Shown here: positions 49,970-60,436 of the stretch, piece after piece
Layout of the letters: the number at the start of each line of letters is the position of its first letter
Numbering within the stretch: the stretch's first letter is position 1
From: Verrucomicrobiales bacterium
Lineage (GTDB): Bacteria > Verrucomicrobiota > Verrucomicrobiia > Verrucomicrobiales > DEV007
Assembly: GCA_965224535.1 (NCBI GenBank)
Contig: CBDCZR010000019.1
Span: 271,527 to 335,526, forward strand
Direction of reading: 5' to 3'
DNA: 64,000 bases
Notes under the pieces: generated by a model
Seen by the model: the letters and a program-made list of their open reading frames with translations, nothing else
What the model was told of the DNA's origin: nothing
Databases searched by the model: none
Made by a program: the position numbers and the translations under genes

Positions 49970-52900
49970 CTAACGGTTGAACAAAAACGCGGGGCTGTTG
50001 ATCAGCGCCCAGGTTAAATCTTGCGCGGCGGTTAGGCGGTGGTTGGCGAGTTGGTCGGCGGAGTATTTGGCGTCTTGGCGCAGCGCGAGCAATCTGGTGT
50101 CCTGGCGGATGGGCGATTCAGCTTGGGCCAGCGCGGCTTTGAGCGACTCCAGTTGCGGGTCGGTGGGGAGGGGACGTTTTTCCTTGGCCAGGGCGAAGCT
50201 GCGTTTGCGCAACTCAGCTTCCTCGGTGCGGAAAAAGGCGGCGATTTCGGCGTTTTGGGCTTTGGAGCGCGCGTCGGGCGGAATTTGGAAGGCTTGGGCG
50301 AGGTTTTTGGGTAGGCCGAGCCAAAGCGGGTCTTTCGATGACGTCGCCCAAACGCGGAAGTGGCCGAGCGGGTAGTCGCCTTGGCTGAAGCGGCAGTAGA
50401 TGCGGATTTTCAGCTTGGCTTTGCCGTCGGCGTTGGCGATTGGCTTGGCGAGCTTGACGCGGGCGGCGTGGGGGTTGCGTTCGCCGCCGGCGATGGCCCA
50501 GGCACGTTGATTGCCGCCGTTGCCGTCGATGGCGAGCTTGACGTTGAAGCCGTTTTGAATGTGCTCGGTGCGGGCGTCGCTGAGCTTTTGTTTGGCGAAT
50601 TTTCCGTTGGCACCGGCGATTTGAACCTCGATTTCGGTGACGACGAAGTTGCCGTTCGGGTTGAGGCCGGGACCGAAGCCGCGCAGACTTTCGTGCGGCA
50701 GCGCTTCGATTTTGAGGCCGGTGATGTCGCGCAAATCACCCAGCTCAAAGTCGACGAGGTAATCGGTTTGGCGCTTGATCTCCTTCATCTGCGTGGAGGC
50801 GAGAACTGCGCCGTTTTCCTGGATGGCCAGCTTGTATTCCTTGGCGGTGGCGTCGGCTTTTGTGGGTTTGAGAGGATCCCAAATCGAGTAGAGGCGGCTA
50901 ACCGGCATGCTGTCACGCCAGGCGTCGAGTTTTTTGGGTAACTCGGCCTGGTAAGCCTTCAACGCTTTGTCGGCGGCGGCGATTCGCTTGGTTTGGGCGG
51001 CTTCGGCGGCGGCCTTTTTCTTGGACCACTCGGGAAGGTAGCCGGCGATGTCGCTGGCGGATTTGGCGACCCTAACAAGCCGCTCCGTTTTGCGTTGACT
51101 CTCGACCGGCAACCACCATTTTTCGCGTTCGGCCAGTTGGGCTTGCACGGTGGCGTTGTCGGCCTCAATCTGCTTCATGCTGGCGAGCACGGCGTCGATT
51201 TCGGCGGGTTTCGGCGCGCGGGCGAGGACGCGCAGGTAGACTTCTTCGATCAGCCTGCGGTCGTCCTTTTCTTCGGCAGTTAGCTTGGCCAACGCGCTGT
51301 CTTTTGCGCCAACGGCATCGGCAATCGCAGGGCCGGAGACGAAAGCCATGACCGCGCTCATTTGCAGGTCGTCATTGCGGTCGCATTCGCAGGCGCTTTC
51401 GCGCGGGGGACGGCCCAAATTCGCCAAAAAGCCGGATTTCAGGTCCATCTTGGCGTCCGGCAGTTGGCTGGCGCGAACTCCGCGGCCCGCGCCGGGGATG
51501 TTTGGGACCGCGCCGGTCACGGCGTAAACGGCGTCGTAGAGCACCTCGGCAGGGAGGCGTTTGGCCTTGGCGTGGCTAAAATTCAGGGAGTCGTCTTCGT
51601 TCCATTTGTTCGTCCGGATGCTGAGCTGGTAAACGCGCGATTTGCAGATGAGCGCCATGAGTTTGTGCACGTCGAAGCCGGATTTGACGAACTCATCGGT
51701 TAGCAAGCCCAGCAGCTCTGGGTTGCTCGGCGGGTTGCCGGCGCGGATGTCGTCCAGGGGATTGATGATGCCGGTTCCTAACAAATACCCCCAAATCCGG
51801 TTGGCGTAGCTGAGCGCGAAATACCGGTTGTCCGCGCTGGTGATCCAGGCGCCGAGTTCTTCGCGCCGAGTCGGCTTTTGCGCGGTTTTGAAGCTGACGG
51901 GGGCGAGTTCTGCCGGGTAGGGAAACTGCGGCGAAGTCACTACGCCGGTGCGCTCGTGCGTGATCTCGCCTTCCGGCATGTCTTGCACCACCTCGTAGAG
52001 CGGCTTGGGATTTTCCACCGCGCTACCGCCGAGGTTTTGCGTCGGCGCGTTCTTTTTGTCGCGATCCAGGCCTAACCGGGAAAAATAAGCCGCAGTCTCG
52101 TAGTATTGGTCCTGCGTCCAGCGCTCGAAGGGGTGATCGTGGCACTTGTTGCAGTTGAATCGCGTGGCCAAAAACAGGTGGGTGGTGTTCTCCATGATCG
52201 CGTCCGGCTCGCGCAGGATCTTGAAGTAGCTGGCTGCGGGGTTCTCCTTATTCGAGCCGGTGGCGGTGATGATTTTGTAGACGAATTGGTCGTAGGGTGT
52301 GTTGGCGGCGACCTCCTTTTTGATCCAATCGCGGAAAAGACGCGCGCCTTCGCCGCCGAGGAATTTCGAGTTCACCTGGAGCATGTCGCTCCATTTGTTG
52401 GTCCAATAATCGACGAATTCCGGGTTGCCGATGAGGCTGTCGATGAGTTTGTCGCGTTTTTGATGCTGGGGCGATCGATCGGCGAGAAACTGGCGGACGG
52501 CGTCTACCGAGGGTGGTAAGCCGGTGAGGTCCAGGTAAATGCGGCGGACGAATTCTTCGTCGGTGCACAGCTCGCTGGGTAGGATTTTCAGCCGTTTCCA
52601 CTTCTCCGCGGCCAACTCGTCGATGCGGTTGTTGGCCGGCGGTTGTTTCCAGGTGAACCCGTCGCGCTTACCCATGACGGTTAGGGTCGTGGCGGCGTAA
52701 GCGCCTTCGTAACGCGCCAAAACCGGTGCCTCGCCGCGGCGAATCGTCTCGATCAACGCGTAGTCGTCGTGCTTGGCCACCTCGGTGTTGCCGCTTTCGA
52801 CAAAGGCCTCGCTGGTGACGTCGCGCCGGGTTCCGTCGGTGAACTCAGCCACCACGCGGAATTGTTGCCTACCGCCGATGTTCTGAATCACCGGATTGCT

Positions 52901-55108
52901 CGGGACCAACTCGATTTTCGCCACCTTGGGCGCGTTGAGGTCGAGCTTTGCGCCGCCGGCGATCCAGCTGCGCACCGTGGTGTAGTAGGTGGAGTGCTGC
53001 TTGGCCAGTTGCCGGCCTTCGTGCGGCACGGCGCCGGTCATTTTCAGCAGCATCAGGCTGTCGTCCGGCGAGGCAAAATTAACGCGGCGGGTCTGGATGT
53101 CGTCGGTGAAGGCGCGCACGTCGAAGAGCGGATCGTAACCGCGCAAACTCAGCTTGAACCCGGCCTTGCCATCCTTGGCGCCGTGGCAAAGACCGGCGTT
53201 GCAGCCCATTTTGCTGATGACCGGGTTGACGTCCTGGATCCAGCTGGGATGCGGCGTTTTGGCCAGATTTTTGACGACGACGGGCGCGGTGATCTTGGCT
53301 TTGCCCAGGGTGACGGTTAGGTTTGTCTGGCCGTCTTTCCGCGGCAGCACCTTGCCACGCGGCGTAACCTGGAAACTAGGATTTTTGCCAAAAGTCACCA
53401 ACCGCGTCACATCGGCCTTCGCCCCGGTGCTTAGGTTAGCGGTTACCACCACTTGCTGGTAACGTCCCGGCCCATCAATCTCCAGATTCTTCGGCGAAAT
53501 CTCCAGGCTGGCGACTCCACCCGGGATTTGCTCCTTTTCCCAATCCACGCCCGGATGCTCGTCCGCGTTCTTCGGCTTCTCCTTCCCAGCAACCTGGGAA
53601 ATCTGCACTGGCACGATCGCCTTCTCCACGTTCGCCGTTTCCGGATTGATGAAACGCAGCTTCCCATCCTGACCGGCGGCGACGACCCGCTTCGAATCCG
53701 GGCTCCACGCCAGCGCGAACACCGGCGAATCCAGCGAAATCGCGGCGAGTTGCTTCGCATTCTTCGTTTGCCAGGCGTCGATGAGCTTCTGCTGCGCGGA
53801 AACGCGACCCCCAACCTCGCGCCGCGCGGTTTCCATCGCCTTTTTCAGCTCCGGCGTGATCTTGGCGTCGTATTCGCTCTGGTAAAAGTGCACCGCGCCC
53901 TTGCCGTTGAGGCTCGACCCAGCCACGAAGCGCTTGCCGTCCGGCCGAAACGCCACGCTCCAAACGCGGCCCGGCATCGCGGGATAACGCCGAATCAAAT
54001 TCGCGTTGTCGCCGATTTTTCGCGCGGTTTCGCGCTTGGTGCGGTAGATCTGGGGCGCGCCGTCGCTGCTACCCAGCAAGATGTGATTTTCCTTCGGATG
54101 CAGCACCACCGCGCCGATCCCCCCGCGCAACGCCCCCGGCGTGATGGAGCTGAGATTATCGACAAACCGCTCCGTCGCCACCTCGGTCAGCTTCGTGGAC
54201 ATATCGCGTCCCACGGAGACGATGTGCTTACCATCCTGGGTAAACGTCGTGTCCAGCACCCAGTCATTGTGGCCGCCCATGAACACCACCTGCTCGCCGT
54301 TGCTGGCCTTCACCGCGCGGACGGTGTTGTCCGGCATCCCGAAGGCCACCAGCGTCCCATCCGGCGACCAACTGGCGCCGTAAATCGTGTCGTAACCGAC
54401 CGGCAGCGACAAATCCAGCTCGCGCTTGGCCACGTCCCAAATTTGCAGCTCGCCCATGCGTCCCGGCAGCCCGCCCGTCACCGCCAGCCGCGTTCCATCC
54501 GGCGAAAACGCCACGCTCTCGATGCGCTCGCTCAAGCCCACGAACCGCGCCAGGAGCCCCGAGCCATCCGCCTTGTGCAGCAACACCTCGTGGTAGCCGG
54601 AAATCGCCAAAAGCTTGCCGTCGGGCGAAAAATCGATCGAAGTGATGACCGGCGGGCGCTCGTAAACCGGCGGATTTTCGGGCGAATAGCGCTCCACGGC
54701 ATTCGCCGGCGTGTCGTCGACGGCGCCTTGCGCGATCCATTTTTCCACCAGCGCGATTTCGGATTTCGAGAGCGCATCGCCCTTCGGCGGCATCTCCACC
54801 TCGCCCTTGTCGTTCGGCTCGATGTTTGCGATCAGATTGGATTTTTCCGGCTTATGGGCGACGACTGCCGAGCCTTCCTCCCCGCCCTTCAGCAACTGCG
54901 CAAATGTGGTCATCACGTAGTCGCCCTTGGCCTTGGCGGGCTGGTGGCAACCATGGCAATTCGCCTGGAAAATGGGGCGGATTTCTTCGTAGAAGCTGAC
55001 TTTTTCGTCGGATTTCGGCGATTTCGCCGATTCGTCGGCAAAAGCGGCATTCGACAGGCAAAAGCAGGCAAAAAAGGGGATAGCAAAGAAGGTGCGCAGC
55101 GTCATCAT
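49970..55108 (-). CDS. giant (1712 aa) multidomain PSCyt1 (CxxCH) - WD40 propeller - Ig-like - DUF1549 - DUF1553 protein
   Basis: N-terminal FQANCHGCHQP haem motif with signal peptide; WD40-like repeats (SVAFSPDG, ALAWSPD); NCNKCHDHPFERWTQDQYY (DUF1549); NRIWGYLLGTGIINPLDD...NPPSNPELL (DUF1553). Confidence 0.85.
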   Translation of the reverse strand: MMTLRTFFAIPFFACFCLSNAAFADESAKSPKSDEKVSFYEEIRPIFQANCHGCHQPAKAKGDYVMTTFAQLLKGGEEGSAVVAHKPEKSNLIANIEPNDKGEVEMPPKGDALSKSEIALVEKWIAQGAVDDTPANAVERYSPENPPVYERPPVITSIDFSPDGKLLAISGYHEVLLHKADGSGLLARFVGLSERIESVAFSPDGTRLAVTGGLPGRMGELQIWDVAKRELDLSLPVGYDTIYGASWSPDGTLVAFGMPDNTVRAVKASNGEQVVFMGGHNDWVLDTTFTQDGKHIVSVGRDMSTKLTEVATERFVDNLSSITPGALRGGIGAVVLHPKENHILLGSSDGAPQIYRTKRETARKIGDNANLIRRYPAMPGRVWSVAFRPDGKRFVAGSSLNGKGAVHFYQSEYDAKITPELKKAMETARREVGGRVSAQQKLIDAWQTKNAKQLAAISLDSPVFALAWSPDSKRVVAAGQDGKLRFINPETANVEKAIVPVQISQVAGKEKPKNADEHPGVDWEKEQIPGGVASLEISPKNLEIDGPGRYQQVVVTANLSTGAKADVTRLVTFGKNPSFQVTPRGKVLPRKDGQTNLTVTLGKAKITAPVVVKNLAKTPHPSWIQDVNPVISKMGCNAGLCHGAKDGKAGFKLSLRGYDPLFDVRAFTDDIQTRRVNFASPDDSLMLLKMTGAVPHEGRQLAKQHSTYYTTVRSWIAGGAKLDLNAPKVAKIELVPSNPVIQNIGGRQQFRVVAEFTDGTRRDVTSEAFVESGNTEVAKHDDYALIETIRRGEAPVLARYEGAYAATTLTVMGKRDGFTWKQPPANNRIDELAAEKWKRLKILPSELCTDEEFVRRIYLDLTGLPPSVDAVRQFLADRSPQHQKRDKLIDSLIGNPEFVDYWTNKWSDMLQVNSKFLGGEGARLFRDWIKKEVAANTPYDQFVYKIITATGSNKENPAASYFKILREPDAIMENTTHLFLATRFNCNKCHDHPFERWTQDQYYETAAYFSRLGLDRDKKNAPTQNLGGSAVENPKPLYEVVQDMPEGEITHERTGVVTSPQFPYPAELAPVSFKTAQKPTRREELGAWITSADNRYFALSYANRIWGYLLGTGIINPLDDIRAGNPPSNPELLGLLTDEFVKSGFDVHKLMALICKSRVYQLSIRTNKWNEDDSLNFSHAKAKRLPAEVLYDAVYAVTGAVPNIPGAGRGVRASQLPDAKMDLKSGFLANLGRPPRESACECDRNDDLQMSAVMAFVSGPAIADAVGAKDSALAKLTAEEKDDRRLIEEVYLRVLARAPKPAEIDAVLASMKQIEADNATVQAQLAEREKWWLPVESQRKTERLVRVAKSASDIAGYLPEWSKKKAAAEAAQTKRIAAADKALKAYQAELPKKLDAWRDSMPVSRLYSIWDPLKPTKADATAKEYKLAIQENGAVLASTQMKEIKRQTDYLVDFELGDLRDITGLKIEALPHESLRGFGPGLNPNGNFVVTEIEVQIAGANGKFAKQKLSDARTEHIQNGFNVKLAIDGNGGNQRAWAIAGGERNPHAARVKLAKPIANADGKAKLKIRIYCRFSQGDYPLGHFRVWATSSKDPLWLGLPKNLAQAFQIPPDARSKAQNAEIAAFFRTEEAELRKRSFALAKEKRPLPTDPQLESLKAALAQAESPIRQDTRLLALRQDAKYSADQLANHRLTAAQDLTWALINSPAFLFNR

Positions 55109-56067
55109 GGGTTTTTTTGAGGTTTAAAGGGACATCAGCCCGTAAATCCGCGAAATCCGGGTTCGATCCGGCTAAATCTGTGAACCCCTAAGAAACCTCC
55201 GCTTCACTGGCGATGCAAGCGGATCGGCTTCGCGGTTTTCACGGATTTGCACCGATAAAACAGAGGTATTCACCGACATTGGACCGGGACATGATTGTTC
55301 TACACGCAAAACGCGGCTGGTAACTTTCGCAAGTGTGCCCTGGAATCTGCCCCGAATTGCGTCCTGTCGCCATTTGGCGTTGTCCAGTTGGGATTTGGTT
55401 GACCGTGCGGTGAATTTCGGCTGTGTGGTTTCGGTTAGTGGCCCGAATCCGGGGAAACTGTGATTATGGGCGGCCCTTGAGGGGATGTTAACGCGAGAAG
55501 GAGGCAGAGTAGGCCGACTAGGAAATCGGAATCCGACTACAGTTGAAGGGAAATTTGGTTGGAACAGTGGTCAAAAGCTGGCCGCCTCAAGACTGCCCGA
55601 AGTGCACCGATACGTCTTCGCGAAAGAGCAGAAATAGTCCTTTTGGCTGCCGGGGGGTTGGAAAATCGCTAAAAGCTTGAATCAAGATCTAGGAAAGGTT
55701 GGACGCTGGAGGGCGTCGCTACGCAGAAGCTGGACTTCAAGGGATGCCATCGCACCTTCGCTCCATTTCAGACAGGCGCTAGATGCTCTGGAATAGACGC
55801 TTACGAAACTTAGGCATCCAACATCCAATCTCAAGTTTCCATTCTGTTTGCTACTATGAAACGGATGTTCGCCCAATCTCCGGTACGCCCGAACTCCCGT
55901 CGCCCCTCGATCCGACTTCTTGAACGCACCCTAGCGCCAAAACAACATTTTGTGGTGCCGATGCCAGATTAACAAAAAGCCGCGAAGTGAAAGATTTTTG
56001 CCTGAATCGTGGAAATTATAATCACCTCAAAATCAGCCAGTTAAACGTTTTGTTACTCAAGAGCTGC
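55109..56067. promoter_or_regulatory. about 960-bp ORF-poor, lower-GC leader or promoter region upstream of the giant PSCyt gene
   Basis: No ORF longer than 67 aa on any frame; composition visibly more AT-rich than flanking genes. Confidence 0.3.
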
Positions 56068-57741
56068 CTAACGAAGCAACGCATCCATTCCCTGACGAAT
56101 CAGAGCATCCATCTGCTCCTCCTCCAGGGCGCTTCCATCGCAAGAAAGCTGCACGACCAGGTTTCCTTTCCGGCATTGAACCACCGTTGACGTGCTTTCT
56201 CCCAGCAAGAAAGAATCGGTCTGAAATCGCAGAGCAGATCCTTCCGCCCCGGAAGCTCCTTTGTAGTCATGCACGGCGGAAGCTTTCAGTTTGACCAGCG
56301 CCGCCGCTCGCATTTCGGCCATGTTTTGCCGATTTAGCTCCTCCATCGCCTTCACCATTTGCCCGGCGCCGGCTTCAGAGTTGAATTCGAACAACGCCAG
56401 CTCCATTCCGGCTCCGAGACTCGTCGGATCCAGCATCAACACCACCGCCGCCTCTCTCAACTCCCGCATGATGTGCTGGCGCTGATCCCTGGGCAGGGTG
56501 GCAAGGCAGCTTTGCACCTGGAAATCGCCCATCGGCATGGCCAAGTGCTTCCAATCCTCCTGGCCGGCCGCTTTGGGGACAAACGCGAACCGCTCCTGAT
56601 AGTCGGGAAGCGGTGTGGAATTCGGCGAGTAGCTCTCCGGGCGGGTAATCATCGACGTACGCGAGGGAGGGTTTTTCATGATTTTCCAGATTGCCTCGAT
56701 GCCGCCACGCTGGTGCTGATGCGCCATGAATCGCTCCCCACCGAGATAGATTTCCTCCCAAAGAACGGCGTCCGCCATGGCGACCCGATCGATCAGCCAC
56801 GGATCCTCCTCCATTTCGGCCATCAACAAATCCGACGCCGCTTTGGCCGCCGCATCGAAACCCAGGCGCTTAGCCGCAGCATTCTGGATGAACACCGCAT
56901 GCCCCTCAATCGTGGCGTTGAACGCCTGCATCGCATCCGGAGACTCCACGTTGGCGGTAGCGTCAGCCAGCCCCACCTCCTGATCCTGCAAACCATGCGT
57001 CAATTCGTGGGCGATCACGATTTGAAGAATTTCTTCCTCGAGACCAGGGGCGATTCCCACCGCTTCAATCACCGCGCTGATGTTTTGCGGCATGAGATAA
57101 ACCGTGTGATCCTCCACCCCGTACTTTCCCATGAGCGAGGGGGCGAATAGACTGGCGCTGAGGTAGGCCCGCAGATAAATCATGGCTTTCGGCGTCTCCG
57201 GCAAACGTTTCTCGAACTGGGGAACCAAATCGCGGGCCAAAACGTGAACCATTTGCATCGTGCCAACTGCCTTGACCTTCGGGGAAGCATCAAACTTCCT
57301 CGCGTTCAACTCCTCCACCAATGGGGTTAGCTTCGCTGCGTGGGCCTGGATTTGAGCTTCGGTAAACGCCGGTTCGCGACCCGCCAACTTCTGGTCCAGG
57401 TAGGCCAGCATTGCCTCCATCTTGGCGTTGGCTTCCGTGCTGGAGTCCATCAAGTCGGTTAGCCCTTGCTTCCCGCGATCCAAAGTCTCCTCGCCAATTT
57501 CGCGAGCCCGGTTTACCAAACCGCCAAAAAATCCGGATTTCTTCTCCTCCTCAGCTTTTGGGGCTTCCTTTTTGTCCTCGGTTTTCGTTAGCCGGTTGAA
57601 GAGCCCTCCAAAGCCTCCGCTTTCTTTTTTGTTCTCTTCAGCAATCGCGGGAAAAGCGAGAGCCAGCAACACTATCATTCCCAGAATCTGTCTCTTACTG
57701 ATAGGAATTTGCTTTTGGCCCTGCCGCGTCCGGGTCATCAT
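56068..57741 (-). CDS. secreted HExxH zinc-metallopeptidase-like protein
   Basis: IVIAHELTHGLQDQE motif; signal-like MIVLLALAFPAIA. The start is ambiguous: 57741 (MMTRT) or 57678. Confidence 0.55.
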   Translation of the reverse strand: MMTRTRQGQKQIPISKRQILGMIVLLALAFPAIAEENKKESGGFGGLFNRLTKTEDKKEAPKAEEEKKSGFFGGLVNRAREIGEETLDRGKQGLTDLMDSSTEANAKMEAMLAYLDQKLAGREPAFTEAQIQAHAAKLTPLVEELNARKFDASPKVKAVGTMQMVHVLARDLVPQFEKRLPETPKAMIYLRAYLSASLFAPSLMGKYGVEDHTVYLMPQNISAVIEAVGIAPGLEEEILQIVIAHELTHGLQDQEVGLADATANVESPDAMQAFNATIEGHAVFIQNAAAKRLGFDAAAKAASDLLMAEMEEDPWLIDRVAMADAVLWEEIYLGGERFMAHQHQRGGIEAIWKIMKNPPSRTSMITRPESYSPNSTPLPDYQERFAFVPKAAGQEDWKHLAMPMGDFQVQSCLATLPRDQRQHIMRELREAAVVLMLDPTSLGAGMELALFEFNSEAGAGQMVKAMEELNRQNMAEMRAAALVKLKASAVHDYKGASGAEGSALRFQTDSFLLGESTSTVVQCRKGNLVVQLSCDGSALEEEQMDALIRQGMDALLR

Positions 57742-58246
57742 TGGCCCGGGGTTGGAGGGGGGCCAATAGGGGGAGGAAGGGCAATTTTTGGCCTTCATCA
57801 GAGCGACTCATGACAGAACCGGGACGCCGATTCAAGGATTTTTGCGCATCTGGGTCGAATTAGCGACCAATTCCGGGATTCTACGCGGGTTCGGGACACA
57901 ATGCGGCGGTTCCCAGTTCTTGGCGGAAATAAAACTGACTGAACCCTGCTGGCGTCGCGTCGATCTGGCAAATCAGTGGGTCAGTTCGCCCAAAAAACCG
58001 GCATATTTTCCTGCGATCCCGGATCGCCCTCGAGAATGAGGGTGCGTTCTTCGTCGAGTTGGAGTTCCGGGTGGCGTGGCTCGGGGCGTTCCGGCACTCA
58101 ACATTCCCACCAGATTGGCGGGGGTGGTTCGGTTCGCCGGCCCTGGACGACGGAAAACGCCACAATCCCAGGTGTCGCCACTTCCAATCGGCTCGTGGCC
58201 ATTACGGAACGGAAAGTGAAGGAAGTCCGTGTTCGCACTGTGGGGG

Positions 58247-58936
58247 TTAGGAATGCCCGGAATCCTGGCGCCGGCGCGAGGGCAAAAATGGCGCAACCAG
58301 GAAAATTAGCGCCACGAGCAGCAAAATCGCCGAACTGGGCCGCGCGAGCAGGTAACCTGGGCTGGAGATCGCCAAGCCTTGCACCAAATTCACCTCCGCC
58401 AGTGGCTGGAGGACGAATCCGAGCACGAACGGCGCGAGGGGGATGCCGAAGCGGTTCATCGCCAGGCCCAGCAGGCCGAAGCCGAGCATGGACCACACGT
58501 CGAACATGCGGTTGGCCAGGGCGTAGCTGCCTACCACGCAAAAAATCAGCACCGCCGGGATGAGCAGCCAGCGCGGGATTTCCAGCAGTTTGCGCGCTAA
58601 TCCCGCGCCGAACCACATGAGCGCAAACATGACCAGGTTGGCGATGAGATAGGCGCTGGTGATGGTCGAGACGACTTCCGGGTTGTTGTCGAAAAGCAGC
58701 GGACCGGGCGTCAGGCCGTGCAAAATCAGCGCGCCGAGCAAAATGACGTCGATGACGCTGCCGGGGATGCCCAGGGCGATGAGCGGGACCAATGCGCCGC
58801 CGACGGTGGCATTGTTCGCGGCTTCACTGGCCACGACGCCGGAATCCGCGCCTTGGCTGAATTTTTCGCGGTCGCGTTTCCAACAGTAAAGATGTTTGAA
58901 TGTAAATTTGCTGCAAAGCCATGTTCCAACAGTCAA
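58247..58936 (-). pseudogene. truncated 3' fragment of a tctA paralogue (the C-terminal ~200 aa only)
   Basis: 58281..58876 aligns by eye to 61023..61618 (the tctA 3' end) at roughly 90-95% identity. Homology stops abruptly at 58876 and is replaced by AT-rich sequence. Confidence 0.75.
58281..58876. repeat. imperfect direct repeat (about 596 bp), copy A of the tctA 3' end
   Basis: See pseudogene above; begins at the stop-codon region and ends at ...gaatttttcgcggtcgcg. Confidence 0.8.
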
Positions 58937-58973
58937 ATTGTTTTAGTTTTAAAATAAATTATCTGGGAAAATG

Positions 58974-59363
58974 TCACGTCCCCGAGGTAACCCAAGCGAA
59001 GTTAGCCAGGTCATCCCTTATCCAGATTGACAGAACGATCCACGGATCACCGTTATCCAAAGTATATACCCAGCTGACAAATTCTTCTGAAATCGGCTCA
59101 ATTGAATCAGGCGGACCAAAGATCCTGAGAATCTCCTTTGACTTGAGCTGATTGACAGGTTTACCTTCCAAGGTAGAGGACGGCAAAAGCCTACTCAATT
59201 TTTCGTAAGCTTTAAGTCTCTCTACTCGATTCGTTCGAAAAGTAGCTGAAGCCGCTATTTCTGAGTCTGATAACTCAATTGAAACCTGGCCGTTTACAAT
59301 GGTTGAAAGCAGAAAAAATAAGGCGGCGAGAATTCCGAGCCCGCGCAAGGATGTTAAGTTCAT
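58974..59363 (-). CDS. small secreted protein of unknown function, encoded in the low-GC island
   Basis: Signal peptide MNLTSLRGLGILAALFFLLSTIVNGQ; AT-rich codon usage unlike the host; its ATG overlaps the upstream stop (ATGA). Confidence 0.5.
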   Translation of the reverse strand: MNLTSLRGLGILAALFFLLSTIVNGQVSIELSDSEIAASATFRTNRVERLKAYEKLSRLLPSSTLEGKPVNQLKSKEILRIFGPPDSIEPISEEFVSWVYTLDNGDPWIVLSIWIRDDLANFAWVTSGT

Positions 59364-60436
59364 TTGATTTCAAAGGTTGGTGTATTAGGTGGATTTGCCA
59401 CATCAATGTCGTCCGCTTGGTATTCCCAAGTTAGCTCAAGCTTTGTTGTAAGGTCGTGGCCCCTCACTTTGAGCGTTTGTGATTTCGTTCCAAAAAGTTT
59501 TTGTTTCAAGGCGAAAGCCTTAGCACCGAAACTGTTATTCTTTGGGATGCCAAGCTTGAACGCCTTCCATTGTGCCCTATCTGCGGCCGTCGCAATTAGT
59601 CTCTTTCCAACAGTTTCTCCTAGGGACTTTTGATCTTCGATCTTTCCATCTTTAAGTTCGCCTGATGGCAACCTAATCGGTACATTCAAACGAGATTTGC
59701 CGGCGATCGTCCCTTTTCCTACCGTCTTTATGGTTTCCTTCACAACTCTCATTCCGTCAAAAACGGAATCCAATGTCTCACCGTATTGATCTTTCAATGT
59801 GAATACGAGTACTTTGGTAGCTGCTGTGTGGTACATAGTATCAGTTGTCGTTCCGTTTGGTACATCGATTTCGCCAACAAAGGTCCATTTCTGGCCTGGA
59901 AGGCTTGAAGCGTTTTCATACGCAGTTTTTTCTTCTACTCCATCTTTATTCTTTTTCCATTCAGCGGTAAATGTCTTTGGAACCACAACCTGAACGGGCA
60001 CAGTAAAATCCTGACCCATTACCGTGCCAACCAACTCAAGGTCATTGCTTGTTTGCGGATTCAGCGTTTCTTTGATTCCTTCGATTTTCAAGGTTATCTT
60101 ACCCGTTGAAGTGTTGGGTTGACCTTCAATCTTTACATCCGCATCACCGCCAGTTGTTCCAGGGATAACAAAGGTTGCATTTGGGGCTTCAATGGGCGGC
60201 GTAACAGTTGCAATTACTTCCTTCACCAGCGGAGTGTCATCTTGGGCCTCACCTTCAGCTTTGATGTAACCCGTCTTAATGAGCGTTTCACTGTATGTGA
60301 TAGAGACTACAGCAGCACTGCTCGTGCTAGTGGCGGACGACAATGAACTGCTGCTGCTTGATGAACTGCTGCTGCTTGATGAACTGCTGCTGCTTGATGA
60401 ACTGCTGCTGCTTGATGAACTACTGCTGTTTGGCAT
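59360..60436 (-). CDS. beta-rich protein with a 30-residue N-terminal poly-Ser tract, encoded in the low-GC island
   Basis: MPN followed by S30 encoded by an 18-bp tandem repeat; T/V/K/G-rich beta-like remainder; AT-rich codon usage. Confidence 0.5.
   Translation of the reverse strand: MPNSSSSSSSSSSSSSSSSSSSSSSSSSSSSLSSATSTSSAAVVSITYSETLIKTGYIKAEGEAQDDTPLVKEVIATVTPPIEAPNATFVIPGTTGGDADVKIEGQPNTSTGKITLKIEGIKETLNPQTSNDLELVGTVMGQDFTVPVQVVVPKTFTAEWKKNKDGVEEKTAYENASSLPGQKWTFVGEIDVPNGTTTDTMYHTAATKVLVFTLKDQYGETLDSVFDGMRVVKETIKTVGKGTIAGKSRLNVPIRLPSGELKDGKIEDQKSLGETVGKRLIATAADRAQWKAFKLGIPKNNSFGAKAFALKQKLFGTKSQTLKVRGHDLTTKLELTWEYQADDIDVANPPNTPTFEIK
60341..60431. repeat. 18-bp tandem repeat (gatgaactgctgctgctt, about 5 copies, last copy degenerate) encoding poly-Ser
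   Basis: Four perfect 18-bp units at 60360..60413 plus flanking partial or degenerate units. Confidence 0.9.

Noticed and set aside
53453-55120. 555-aa plus-strand ORF
   Set aside because: It is antisense to the giant PSCyt gene and has R/L/H-rich shadow composition.
55109-56067. Candidate tmRNA or RNase P RNA in the long leader
   Set aside because: I could not find the GGAAAGUCCGG-type RNase P core or a tRNA-like 3' end with an ANDENYALAA-type tag frame. The region is left as unassigned and needs a covariance-model scan.
57976-58563. 195-aa plus-strand ORF spanning an intergenic region and the tctA fragment
   Set aside because: It is Arg/Gly/Ser/Pro-rich and antisense to the tctA-homologous fragment, so it is probably not coding.
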